From Hyphochytrium catenoides (taxonomy: Eukaryota > Protista > Hyphochytriomycota), in contig FLMG01002136.1 of the NCBI GenBank assembly GCA_900088475.1, forward strand, positions 1-64,000: a stretch of DNA of 64,000 nt, in the 5' to 3' direction. The position numbers and the translations under genes are program-made. How positions within the stretch are numbered: position 1 is the first letter of the stretch; the number at the start of each line of letters is the position of its first letter. The notes beneath the pieces were generated by a model that searched no databases, was not told the DNA's origin, and worked only from the letters and a program-made list of their open reading frames with translations. This document shows, one piece after another, positions 1-15,597 of this stretch.

Positions 1-316
1 CAATCAGAGGCCGAGAATTTTGCTGATAGCATATCCGTTTAGCGTACCCCGGTGGAAGTGCTCTTAGACGGGAAAGAAAGTCCAAGAGACAAATTTTTGT
101 CCTCGCCCTCCCGCCACCGACAGCGTCTTGTTATTTGACAATCAGTACTAAGTCTTGATTCCTAATCTTGGCCTAGATTGGCCGGTCTCTTCTATAGACG
201 CCAAAGTTAATGTTACGAACAATGCTGAGAATGCAGGAACCCACGAAGAAGGAGAAGGTTTGTCTAATAGGGGAGGTGGGTTCATTGCATATTATCTTTC
301 TTCTTCTGCGGCTCTC

Positions 317-359
317 AATAGCCTGCTGCTCGTCGTTGAATAGCCTGCTGCTCGTCGTT
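317..359. repeat. Tandem duplication, 22-bp unit (aatagcctgctgctcgtcgtt[g]) x2
   Basis: Two adjacent copies read directly at 317 and 339. Confidence 0.9.
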
Positions 360-917
360 AGGAGGTGAGGTACTTGTTATTGGTGACGAAGAAGCAAAGA
401 AGGAGGAGAGTGATGTCATTGGGGAACGCGTGCGAGCGGTGAGAGAAGAAGCTGGTAGTAGGAAAGCAGCGCTCTGAAGTTGACTTGCTTGCTAGTAGCA
501 TGTAGAACGACGAGAGAGGGCGGTACATTTGGCGGCAGACCAAGGAGGGGAAGATTTCCGCTCATACGTTCATCTTTAAAAAAGTCTCTCTCTTCCCATC
601 AACACCATCAGTAAGAGGTTCAACAAGTAGGTACCAAGTAGTAGAACCATGATGTCTTCTAATGAAGAGTCGTGCTGCCCATCATTAGAGGCCAGGTTAG
701 GGCACCTCATGTGTAAGAGCCAGCAAATAGTCAGTAAGGCGTTCATGGGCAGCCAGGCGACGAAGGGAACCGCAGTTAGCGACGCAGTTACACGACCTAT
801 TAAAAAATGTACAGCCTCAAGCAAGCAGCATTGGCCGCGATCTCTTTAGGACCTAGTCCATCTTGAACAGCTGCTTATGGACAAGACAATCGAACACAGT
901 CGGACGATCCACTGACA

Positions 918-952
918 GTGTTCTGCTGCTGCTGGGTGTTCTGCTGCTGCTG
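918..952. repeat. Tandem duplication, 18-bp unit (gtgttctgctgctgctg[g]) x2
   Basis: Two adjacent copies read directly. Confidence 0.85.
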
Positions 953-3900
953 CGTTTGGGTCTGGATGTCCAACAGTAGCTACAGTGTCAGCCAAATGTG
1001 ATGGTCAATGTCAGCTGCGAGGTATATCGGAGCCAGCCCACCCAGCCACTGAGACCCAGCGGAGGGCGAACCGTCAGCCCTTCCGAATGGCAATGGCGAA
1101 GTACATTTTTCTTGTGGTCCTTTCTTCCCTTCCGCCTTGTTCCGTCGGGTGGGAGTCGCTGGGTCTGCTCTAACTCACTTATCCTTATCCGTTGGTTTGG
1201 TCAGAAGAGAATAGGCCACATGTGTCATAGGATCCTGGCTAGTTGCCTTTGTGGGTTCCAACTTTGCCTTATACTGTACTGCTGGCGATTTTGTACTTCC
1301 AGAGGCATTACATTATCAAAGGCATGCACCCCTCCATTATGGTTTGTCATTAATTCAACATGTTTGTCTATCGATGGCAGCACAAATCCTTCCTCTGTGT
1401 GTAAGAGAGTGATTTCTCATCCCCTCCAAGATCCTAGTGACCAATAGAAAATGCAGGAGAGTCACAAGCAAGGAGCACACTAGAGAAGTTTGAGGTGGCC
1501 AGTCACCGACTACTTCCCTCCTGAGTCAAGATCAGAAGCCAATGGTCTTTGCGACCGTGTGTGGTCTTATGTCTGCCCAAGCTACGTTTCCCTTGGTAAG
1601 ATAGATGTGCCGCAACCCTCTCTTCTTTGACCGCAATGTGGCTGCTCAAAGACTGCAAGGAGTCCGACAGTACAACCGAAAACGACCTAACAAGGACATA
1701 GCTCTTCCTTTGAATTGAATGGTACCCAGTACCGATCTAGTATAGCCGGCGCGCAAGGGTCCTCAGGTACCTGAAGACTCAACAGCAAGGAACACAGTGC
1801 TGAGAGTTGGAAGAGCAAGTAGAGGGTTCTTTATAAACAGTTTTCCAACTCGTGGCCTTTTTCATCTTGGCTAACACGTACGCGAATGCTCGCCAAGTGC
1901 TCGACGGAGTTTTTCTAGTCCCTGGCAACGGGGCCCACTCAATCCTGACATTGCATTGGACGACGGCATCTACATTTTTCGTATCCTGCGCAAGTCAGAT
2001 GTTTCCAAACTTCAAGAAGAAGAAGAGGAGGCATGAGAGTGAGTGGAAAACTTCGTCGTCATCAACAGGCTCTCTTGTCTCCAGCTAAGGAGTAAGTGCG
2101 TCTCAGCGGATTGATGTCTGCTCTTGTTGACGGTCACGGTAAGAAAGTCGTGCCATCGTCGGCTCCAAGTCCTGTCCAGCACGCCAAAAGCTACACGAGG
2201 CTAGTTGAAGACGGCAGTTTCCTCCTCTTGCCATGGCTCCACAGCGCCGATGCTGATGACTGACTGACAAGCAACGTGCAGGCACGCGCTGCTTGACTTT
2301 TCGATGAGATTTGGGTGTGTCGCTTCAGATGGCGCTGATGAGACACACCAACAACGAAAGCACTTCTTGTGCCCCAAAGGCGACAATATAAGGTTACAAA
2401 CGTTAGTGTAGTAGCCTCTGTCTTTTATATAGCCGTTTCTGTGAGAGGTATAACTAACCCCTAAATGCACTATAGCAGGAAATAGCGACGACGGTAGGAG
2501 ATCGTTACTAACAACCTGTAGCTTGTTACAAGGTTCTATTAAAGAGACAGCACACAGCCAATAGCTCATCCTCTTATCGGCTCCAAATAGACGCATTACC
2601 ATGTGACGATGCAGTATATAGGGTTAAAAGAAACACTACCATGTGGCCTGGTAGTATGATGTAATTTACGTGACGTTAGAAGTACTCGTACCAACATGAG
2701 AACTTATTCCTTCTTGATATTGTCTCCTACTACTGAGCATCTGAGGTGAGATATTGCAGGAGTTCCTAACAGATACTTGAAATTTTCCTCTGTAGAGAAG
2801 AGACAGAGCGAAGCAGGAGGCCCCAGCTTTTCTTTTCAAAGAATCATTTGTATGGTGACCGTGACATCTTGACCTTCACTCGCCTCGTGGCCCATACCAA
2901 CAGAGGATTACGCAGTTAGTTCCTAGGTTCCTAGTCTATCCTAGCTTCTCTAGTGTTATTAGAATATGTACCAATAATAAAGGATCGCGAGGTGTGGAAC
3001 AATAATGACCTTCAGCTGCCCCAGAGCCCAGGCTTGGCCCTACTCTTGTACACACAGTTACGGGGCTTTCTTCTAGCACTCTGTGTTAGTAACGCCAATA
3101 GGCAACATGAATTGTTTAGGGTTAGAATAGTGATCAGCCGTGTGGCCAAAACAAGCGCAAAAACCTTGATTTTACACTGTCAACTATGTCAACATCCTTT
3201 CAGTGGCATATGTTTAGACGAGCTGAGATCCAACATATATATCGTCTTTAAAGGCTACAAGAAATATGGCTGATTTATAGACGATAGCAAAGGTACTTTG
3301 CATAGTAAGGAGATGATGGGCAACGGCGATGCTTTGGGTATTGCGAGTGGCGACAGCCAAATGTTGACAGCGACAAACAGAAAGACCAGACAGATTCCCA
3401 AAGCCTCGAGACAGAGTCAAGTATACATGGATATGAACAGTCTTAACGCGCCGCATACTCAGGAGAAAGAAAGTCGTAGGAGATACGATATGGGAACGAT
3501 ATATTTCCGTGAAAGAGCGCGACTGGTTATGGCGACAGAAGAGCAACGCAGGCGGAGAAAATATTAGTAAAATCCGGCAATAAGCAGCCAAAAGAGGAGT
3601 AATAATACGTTTGACGGTGTTTGTACTGGAGAAGTATGGGGGAGCGAAAAAGGAAGATCAAAGAACCCGCAGCTCTCTATCAAGAGAAAGAGCGGTTGGT
3701 GGCAAGGCAAAACCAAGGCAGGAGACTTTATGTATGGGGACATTCCTAGTGTTGACCAGATGGGAATGGGAAGAGGGAAGGGAAAGGTCATCATCCTCTG
3801 ACTTCATGAGCTAAATATCAAACAGGGATGGGAGCACCAGCTGTGATGTCAGGTCGTCCATGTGTATGTATGTCCTTGCTCGGCTGGTGAAGAAGCTGGG

Positions 3901-4162
3901 AACTTTTAGACTAGGAGACCTGGCTGATGGACTGGTGAATGTCGCTTCTCTCTCGTGTTCTATCATTTTCCGTGAGCTCAAGGATGCTGATGATGACTCA
4001 CAGAACGTAGCACTCTTCACTGTCTGCTTTGCTTTGGCCTTTTGCCAGCCGTCTGTCGATCAGGCTATATTTGCTTGTGTCTAGTCCTAGCCAGTGGAGG
4101 AGGAGGAGCCTGCAGTTACTTTGATGAGACCCTTCGGCTCTTTTCTTTCCCGTTCGATTGAT

Positions 4163-4215
4163 TGCTTCTCCCTCTCTCTCTCTTGTCTCTTTCTCGCGTC
4201 TGTCTCTTCCTTCCC
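4163..4215 (+). repeat. CT-rich low-complexity tract upstream of the RING gene
   Basis: Imperfect (CT)n/(CTGT)n pyrimidine tract about 260 bp upstream of the ATG at 4472. Confidence 0.6.
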
Positions 4216-4471
4216 CTTCTCTCTGTCTCTGTCTCAAAAAGAGATAGTTCCGCCTCGTTCGTACGAGTACCTATAGAGGATTCTTAGAGCACTTTGGCTG
4301 ATTCCGGACCCGCGCCATAGTCCGGCCAGAGGGCGCCACCAACACTCCCGCCATTTTCCTCTCAGTCCTCTGCACTTTGCATGCCATCTAGACAGCTTCG
4401 ACCGTACCATCTTTAGTTTGCTAGAGAAAGATCTCAGTCTTTAATCGACAAGCTCGACGAAATCTCAAAGT

Positions 4472-5596
4472 ATGTGCTCAACAATGTGCTCGACGCCTTT
4501 GGCGGACATTCCCTCCCATCATCCGCATGATTATCAACCTCAAAGCCATTCATCATTCGAGATGAGCGAGCGTTATAGCTATGGCCGTCAAGGTAATGGG
4601 GTTCGCGCAGAGGCAGCTATGTCCTCGAGCATGCCTCTGGACTCTCAGTGCTCTCCCTGTTCGATCGGTGCCAGTGGCAGGCGGAGGAACATGAAGCTTC
4701 TTCGATATAGCAGCTCCTTCAAGAGCTTCGCGCTGCCTTCCACCAAAGCTGGACCTTTACGGCTATCCGGCTTCAACATCCTTGTCAAGCGCGACGGCGG
4801 GTTGAGCGCTTCAGGTGGATACAGCAGGAAAAGACAACGTGATGTAGGCAGTCTTCACCCTCGGCAGCCTGACATCGTTATTGGTATCAAGTCTACTCGG
4901 GGTGACCGGTGCTGGGAGGTGCGACGAACGCCGCAGCAAACCTTGAGTCTTATGATCAACCTTAGACGCTTGGTTAGCATCCCTCATGAGAACTGCAGGA
5001 CTTGTCCGTTCATGTTCTTCGTAGTACAGGACTTCCAGTACAGGCTTGGCAAGTCTTGGTTCTCCTTCAATCTTCTCTGGTGGCTAGGCTTCGCCCTTGT
5101 CTCCAAATCGATGGAGAGAGCCATAGAAACCTTTGTTCAGAATGTGGTGGATATCAGTGGGTGGAAGGCGGAAGGGTTGCGCACGGACCCGCATCATCGG
5201 CAAATTTTGGATCTCATCTCTTACTATCTAAGTGACGGCGAGGAACTCAGACACTATTTTCTGGAGAGCCTTTCTCCAACCTCCTCCTCAAACAACAGCA
5301 TAAGTCGGAACAACCTCTCAGCTGGATCATCTCCTACGGTGCGAAGTTCGCGGAGCTCGTCTCAGTCTCTGTTATCTATGAGGGACAGTGGCGTCAGCAG
5401 TTCTGGAGCCATTAGCGAGGGCTCTATGAAGCTTTGCACTCTCTGTTCTCTCCCGATGGGCAAGGATGTATCACGGCTAGACTGTGGACACCAGTTTCAC
5501 GATGAATGCATAATGGACCATCTTGAGGAGCAAACAGTGATAGAATGCCCGATCTGTGTGGAACAGGAGCTTGAGAGAAGAAGTTCCTACAGCTAG
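4472..5596 (+). CDS. Intronless RING-H2 zinc-finger protein (putative E3 ubiquitin ligase), 374 aa
   Basis: Long uninterrupted ORF. C-terminal CTLC...CGHQFHDEC...CPIC fits the C3H2C3 RING-H2 pattern and follows a Ser-rich linker. The central WEVRR...HENCRTC region may be a divergent PX-like domain (inference). Confidence 0.85.
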   Translation: MCSTMCSTPLADIPSHHPHDYQPQSHSSFEMSERYSYGRQGNGVRAEAAMSSSMPLDSQCSPCSIGASGRRRNMKLLRYSSSFKSFALPSTKAGPLRLSGFNILVKRDGGLSASGGYSRKRQRDVGSLHPRQPDIVIGIKSTRGDRCWEVRRTPQQTLSLMINLRRLVSIPHENCRTCPFMFFVVQDFQYRLGKSWFSFNLLWWLGFALVSKSMERAIETFVQNVVDISGWKAEGLRTDPHHRQILDLISYYLSDGEELRHYFLESLSPTSSSNNSISRNNLSAGSSPTVRSSRSSSQSLLSMRDSGVSSSGAISEGSMKLCTLCSLPMGKDVSRLDCGHQFHDECIMDHLEEQTVIECPICVEQELERRSSYS

Positions 5597-7267
5597 GAGG
5601 CGACCGCAGTCTTATAGAGAAGCATTTTTGTCCGAGTTAGCAACTCTGCAGCCTCAGAGGACTAATGAGTTGCCCTCTACTAACTAATGGTAGTTGTCAT
5701 GTCACTACGTCCCGTACCGAACGTCGCTACTACGTCTCTTTCTTCTGTCATGTGTAACTATACATCAGGCAGCACAGAAAATGTGCCACTCTTTGGCCCT
5801 TGCCTCCTGTTCAGATCCCTCCTGCAGCTCGTGGGTACGAGAAGAAACGAGGCGGGGACTATCAAGAGTCTTGGGGGCCTTGAGAACCATATACTCTTGG
5901 GCGTTTTGAGGACCATAAACTTTTCTATCTTATATATATCTTTATACGAACGCCAATGAAGTCTTGAAAATAGAATGCCACTCCCGTCATCCCTTAGTCA
6001 TCTATTCTCATTCCGCTGGTCTCCGCACTCAAGCAAACCTACGACCTATATATACCTCGTTTATGGTGCCACTCATCTATGATCAAGGAATGTGCATTGT
6101 CTTCAGCCCTGGTGCTCATTGAGCTAAATAACACTGCTGGGGCAACGTCGCGCCGCGTTTGTACGGCCAGTAGGTCCAGGTCAAAGGCTGACAGGTTAGG
6201 CACTTAGTTGCTAAAAAGAAGTTTAGCAGGCAAACTGTTCCTGTGTGCTGTCTTCTCCTTACTTCGCTTCTAGCTCGCTCAGACCCTGAACTCGTGTCTC
6301 ATGGGCAAAGGACCCACACAACAGCATTCGAGAGGCGATCACGTCCATTCCTCCGTCACAAATGCCTTGCCCTTGTTGTCATCTTCCTGACGTCGATTCG
6401 TCCAAACTCATCAGTAGTAGTAGCGACCAGAGATCCAAGTTGAGAGAGAGCAGCTCCTGTGTGAGAGCTTGGACAGGAAGAAGTGCGAGGTGAGAGCTTC
6501 CAGACGAAGCTGCTGCTGGCCCGCTTTCCCTAAGGTTTTTACCAGAAGTTCTGCGACTGATGAAGATTCTCAAGCAGCAGAATATGGAGAGCATCAAACC
6601 CACCTTCATACAGATGACCAATAATCCGTTGAATTCGCCATTCATTACGAAGATACATCCCTTCTATTCCGGATATCGCTCGTCCAGACAATTTGCCCTT
6701 GTTCTATTTTTTCCTTGTTGTTCGCACCTTCTCCAGCAAGACCAATGATCACGCATCACCAGGCCCCAGCACCCCAGCAACAGCAGCAGCAGCAGCAGTG
6801 ATATCCCCTGCCACTGCGCCAGCGCCGGTCCATCATCAGCATCTGTGGACAAGCAGCTGCGGGAAGACGTAAGAGAAACAGCAAGAGTCTTCATAAGCTA
6901 CTGGGTGTGGAATCAGCTCTGGGTAGAAGGGAGAAATAGACGCTGTTTAGACTAGATTCGGGCCATTAAGCCGGTGTTCTGAAGGTTCCAGTTGACGGAC
7001 TGGAGATCCCCAGGAAGTGCTTAGACGTTGCCAATACTAATCTTCAGTTCGAGCGGCAGCTCACGTCACTGCTCTGCTCTTTGGCTGCACGTGCCGAGCT
7101 ATCGTCTGCGTCAACCTCATCTGTTGAGGCCTTTTGATCTCAAAGCACTGTGGCGTTCTACTACTCGATGTCACCAATGGCAACAGCAGCGCTTAAGAGA
7201 CTCTGAATTTTCACCGGCCGACTATAGCTGGACGGCCAAAGCTTCAGGGTTCTGGTAGTCAAGAGTT

Positions 7268-11258
<3,991 letters not shown>

Positions 11259-11393
11259 GAACTATAACGTCCGTTTACTTTTAATAATATCCCACCCTAG
11301 ACAGAAGAATCTCTTCAGGGAAGCCCCACACGCTTCTCTATGCACAGGGTCATATTGCTGCGTATCCTTCCTTCCTTTATTAGCAATATGCCC

Positions 11394-11491
11394 GATGAGC
11401 TCCGCCTGGGAGACCTCTTATCTGCGTTTCTCGCCCCTCATGTTGACGTTAGTTTCGCAATTCGGGCGATGAGCTCCGCCTGGGAGACCTC
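11394..11491. repeat. 24-bp direct repeat (gatgagctccgcctgggagacctc) flanking the stop codon of the capping-enzyme-like gene
   Basis: Identical copies at about 11394-11417 and 11468-11491. Confidence 0.85.
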
Positions 11492-14400
11492 GGAAGTTTT
11501 AGAAGAGGACGACGTTGGATAGAGGAACTGGGGCTCATCTTGGTCGTTCCCTGCTACTGGATAAGGCGCAGAGATAGGAGTAAAGACCACTCCTTCCACC
11601 TGTATCAGTGCGAGTACTTAGCACAGGGGAGAAGAGGATGGATAGGATTCCACGCTTACCGCGTGCGGCACCTTGGGAAGGAAGGAAGACAGGATCCACT
11701 CCGTTCTGGCGAGTTTGTATTGATCTCGCATTCGCACACGGAAAGGCTCTTTGCTGTAGTCATACTGTCCCTTCTCCAACAATCAACAGAGCACGCGATG
11801 GAAAACGGGAACAATGAGAGGGCGAAGAGTCAGGGCCAGCTCCGGCTGTACCAAAGCATCTGCTTGGTACCTGTTTTCTTGGACCTAGGATCTCGTTTTG
11901 CAAGATTTGAAGTCGTCGGTCAAGCCCGCTCTGCGCGATCAAGTCGCCCTATAGAGGTATGAGTCAAAGAAGCCAGAATTGGATAAAGTTTTGTTGACAA
12001 TGTGTGAGCGAGGAGGCTGTGTATAGATGTTTACCTCTAGCGCTAAAATATCCGTAACCAAAAATCTCTGCACATCTCCTCCAGGGTCGCGATCCGTGAC
12101 TAGGACGCCGTCTATCAGTGTTTTATCCACCACTTCGTCCTGTCCAAGAAGATGTTAGAAACGGAATATTTGAAGAACGATTAGCTGGGTGGGTGACGGG
12201 GGACCCAAATCGGCAACATGGGCTTGTGCTAATCACTTCCAACGTAGAGCACGAGAAGAACTTACTAGGTTCTTTCTCCGAGGAAAGTGCATTGGGGGCA
12301 GCTGAGTAATATCTAGGCTTTCATCAATCGCGTACACGTTGCCTCGGAGCAGCAACAACAACATCCTTCTTCTGTCGTACATAATGAAACCAGAATAGTT
12401 AGTTTGATAAGGTAAGAGTAACAACGGACGTCAGGTCAGTGTAGTGGATGAACCGGGACTGTCTCTTACCCTTTTGGTTTCCATGAGACAAAGTAGTTCT
12501 TTGACAGGGTGCCTAAAGTGTGTGAAGCTGCCACATGTTCCTTCGCTAGAACTGTCTCCTATTGCCGATGTGACAAGATATGAGAGCAGAAATCCCAGCT
12601 TAGGACCCGCCTTGTGAGGAATCCCCGGGCAATGAACTCACATAGGAGCCGGGGAAGCGGTCAGTAGCCGGGGCGATTTGGTGTAAGGTAGACTTTACTG
12701 TCTCATACTCAGGAGTACCGCGCTGCAGCCGTCTGCCCCAACTAAGGGGATCTATAGTGATAGAAGGAGGCAGGGAATCACGGTATATAAGTCTCCTCTT
12801 CTTGACGACTGGAATGCTGGATTGAAGAAGGCGGACGCTAGTCAGGACTTCGCTATCTCAGGAGAATATGACAAATGCTCATGGTAAACAATCAAGGCAC
12901 GCCGAACGGAGATCGAGAGAACAAGGAAGAGGAATAGATGCTAAGAGGTCGTAAATACTATTCCCTACGCTTTCTCACCTCATTGTCCTAGGAGGTGGCG
13001 GAGGCATAAGAAAGTTATCAGTTTGTGGCCTCTTCAGATTTTTTGATACATCCGGCGCCTTTATATCCCCTCCAGAAGAGAGATGAAGGAAAACACTCAG
13101 AGTTATTATGGCCACATACACGCATTGGCTGTGAGCCTCTACCTTCATTGGGGTCAGCAGCCAAAGCCGCCTTGTCCCATAATGGAGGAGTGGGGCGAGG
13201 AAGGACCCTGGAGTCTGAGGCAAAGTTTGCCTGGTACTTCTTACACAGAGCCTGGCAAACGGAAGCATCAGATAAACTACTCTTTGGAACAAATAAGAAC
13301 TTGATGGCGAACGCCTAGAAGTGGTCACGATGTCGAGGAAACAAGAAGCGTTAAGCTCACGCCATTTGAATAGAAGCAGGTTCAAGGGCTACTTTTAGAA
13401 GAGAGGAAATCTGACAGACAAGCAGACTTTAAAAGCGGGGAGGAAGGAGCCAAGCAACAGTAGGTAGTGGTAAACTAGTAACTGACCTCCAGGAATTGTC
13501 TCTCGTAGATGCCAGGTGACCTGGCCCCCTTAAACATAGAGACAGCTTTCTCCACAGGGCACCGAAAGTATTCAACAAGATAGCTGCCGGAGGAGAGACA
13601 GGAGATGAGATACAAGTGGACGAGATGTCTGACAGAAGGCTTTCCCCAGACGATTGATGACCAAGAATAGATTAGAGGTGCAACTTCCTTAAAAGTTTAA
13701 GGCATCGAAGAACCAGGACCCTTATCGTTGCAGGACTGAGAGAAACAAAAAAGAGTGGCCAAGTACTTAAAGTGCCATGAGACAAGAGGTGCCACACCTG
13801 ACGATCAGGAAGCCAGTAAGGTTAAACCCAAAGTCATCGAACACGGCTATGGCCCTATTCTTATCAGGCCCACTCCAGTGCTCCTGCACCAGCCGCAAGA
13901 AGCGCCGTACGACCTCCTCCGAGGGCACAGCTCCAGAAGAGCTCTCCGGAGAACCCTCTTCTCCGGATGGCACAAGTTTCTTGTAGACGACGTCCCACTG
14001 GTCCCAGTCACTAGTAAATAGACAAGCAGGAGGTGCATGGGTAGTAAGACATAAATTTAACCAACTGGCATTGAAAGGCAGAAACAGGGAAGTCGGATCT
14101 CGAAGACCAGATAAGTGAAGGCAAGCTGTCAGCTATAGGTTAGCCCACCTAACGTCATGATAATATCGAGAAGACATGGTCGCGTCAATAACGAGTCCGA
14201 CGTCAACAGGTGGCTGATTCTTCAACGCATACATCTTATCCAAGAACGTATCAGGGGTGAAAGATTGGCTTTCATCATAGTGTGCTTCGTATCTGAGAAT
14301 TTTGGGGACCGGCAGATTATTAGGAAAGCTTGGGCTATAATCAGCGGTAGAGGAAAGCGGAACGCAGTGCCCATAGTACCCGCCGCAATGTAACGATAAA

Positions 14401-14600
14401 ACGTGCTGGGTTACAAAGGTTGGTCTGAAGACTTACACAGTAGATAAAGGAGCCTTCATGGCGATGAACGCGTAGTTCTTGCTAACCCTGAGGACCGAGC
14501 AATCAGGACACTGCTTCCACTGCTCAAACGTATCTGGGCTCCAACTCAGCAGCTTCCTTCGCTGCTCATCAATCGGGGTGAAGGTTGCAATCTGAGACAT
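11438..14600 (-). CDS. mRNA capping enzyme (RNGTT)-like protein: DSP-type triphosphatase plus guanylyltransferase domain, catalytic motifs degenerate, no OB-fold
   Basis: Spliced minus-strand exons: MSQIATF...WKQCPD...AFIAMKAPLS | ...VGLVIDATMSSRYY | ...IAVFDDFGFNLTGFLIV | YLVEYF...FKGARSPGIYERQFLE | ...DRFPGSY | ...YFVSWKPKG | RRMLLLL...MHFPRRKN | ...TLIDGVLV...RFLVTDIL | ...RLQILQNEILGPRK | ...EPFRVRMRD...KVPHA | VEGVVFTP...KLTST*. This is colinear with animal/plant bifunctional capping enzymes. Confidence 0.88.
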
Positions 14601-15597
14601 TTTTGTGTAGGTGTCCAATAGCGAATCAAGGTGAAGGTCAACCCAGGTCGAATCAATCGATCGAACCCGCCCTTAGAGCTAGTGAAGCCGTGGACGCTAA
14701 AGGGCAGACGCCGAACCCTAATACCATGCCCCTCCTGTCCGTGGACGGCCGCACTTCGTCATACAGCCTAGATTCTAAGAGAGGCTCCTCAGCCAAATCT
14801 CTAGCGAAGCCGTGGCAAATCTCATCGAGGGCCCAGGTGTGGAGTCTGGAGTCTGCCGCCGCTGGTAAACCGCCCTTGCAATCTGTGCTGATGACGATCG
14901 GAAGAACCTGATCTCAGGTCGAGCTGCCAATTATCCGAAGCTGAAGATCCGAGAGCAGACTGATGAAGCTTTGATGGAGATCAGGATGGCCGTTAGCAGA
15001 ATTATAGTCCAAGAACAATAAGTACCGGGGGATCTCTGGAGCTGATCAGCATCATCCTTTCACTTCCGATCCTGCTTCACTCTCACTTCAAGATCATCTG
15101 ATCGGCTAATTTCTTCCTCATCTCTCATACACTCTGTCTCTCTCTGTAAACTCTTGACCCCTGCTTTTACTACATCTCTTTCACCTTCGGTCTGTCCAAC
15201 TCCACCCTTCACCCCTTGCCTTTTCCCACCTCACCGCCCGATTCTTCCCTCTTCTGACCTCTCGAGGTCGCTTTGGACGTGGAAAGAGACCGCTGCGGTT
15301 GCCGTGAAGTCTTCAGATTTGACTCACCTGCAGTACGAAGTGTCCGGATCTATCTGGGACTCGCTGCTGAGGAGGCAGAGAGTATAAGTGAAGGCCTCGC
15401 TTGTGCACTATCGATCTCAGCGACCAGCTCCAGTCACGTAGTTTCTAGCGGAAGTGATCAAACACACGCTGGCGGGTAGAGGAACGGCTAGATAGCTGAA
15501 GCCTTTCACTCGAGCAAAGATCTTAGGCCTGGCAGCTAAAAGCTGCTTATCCAACGGTACGGAACTCCGGAAGAGATAATTAGAGGACGAAAGAACC

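Noticed and set aside
317-359. Short direct repeats considered as CRISPR-like
   Set aside because: Only two adjacent copies, no spacers, eukaryotic context.
2201-2602. Minus-strand ORF with KKCFRCWC, considered as a retroelement zinc knuckle
   Set aside because: Does not fit CX2CX4HX4C, and no RT, integrase or LTR signatures are nearby.
11438-14600. Reading the capping-enzyme homologue as a classical pseudogene
   Set aside because: No frameshifts or stops in the reconstructed exons, splice sites are intact, and substitutions concentrate at catalytic positions.
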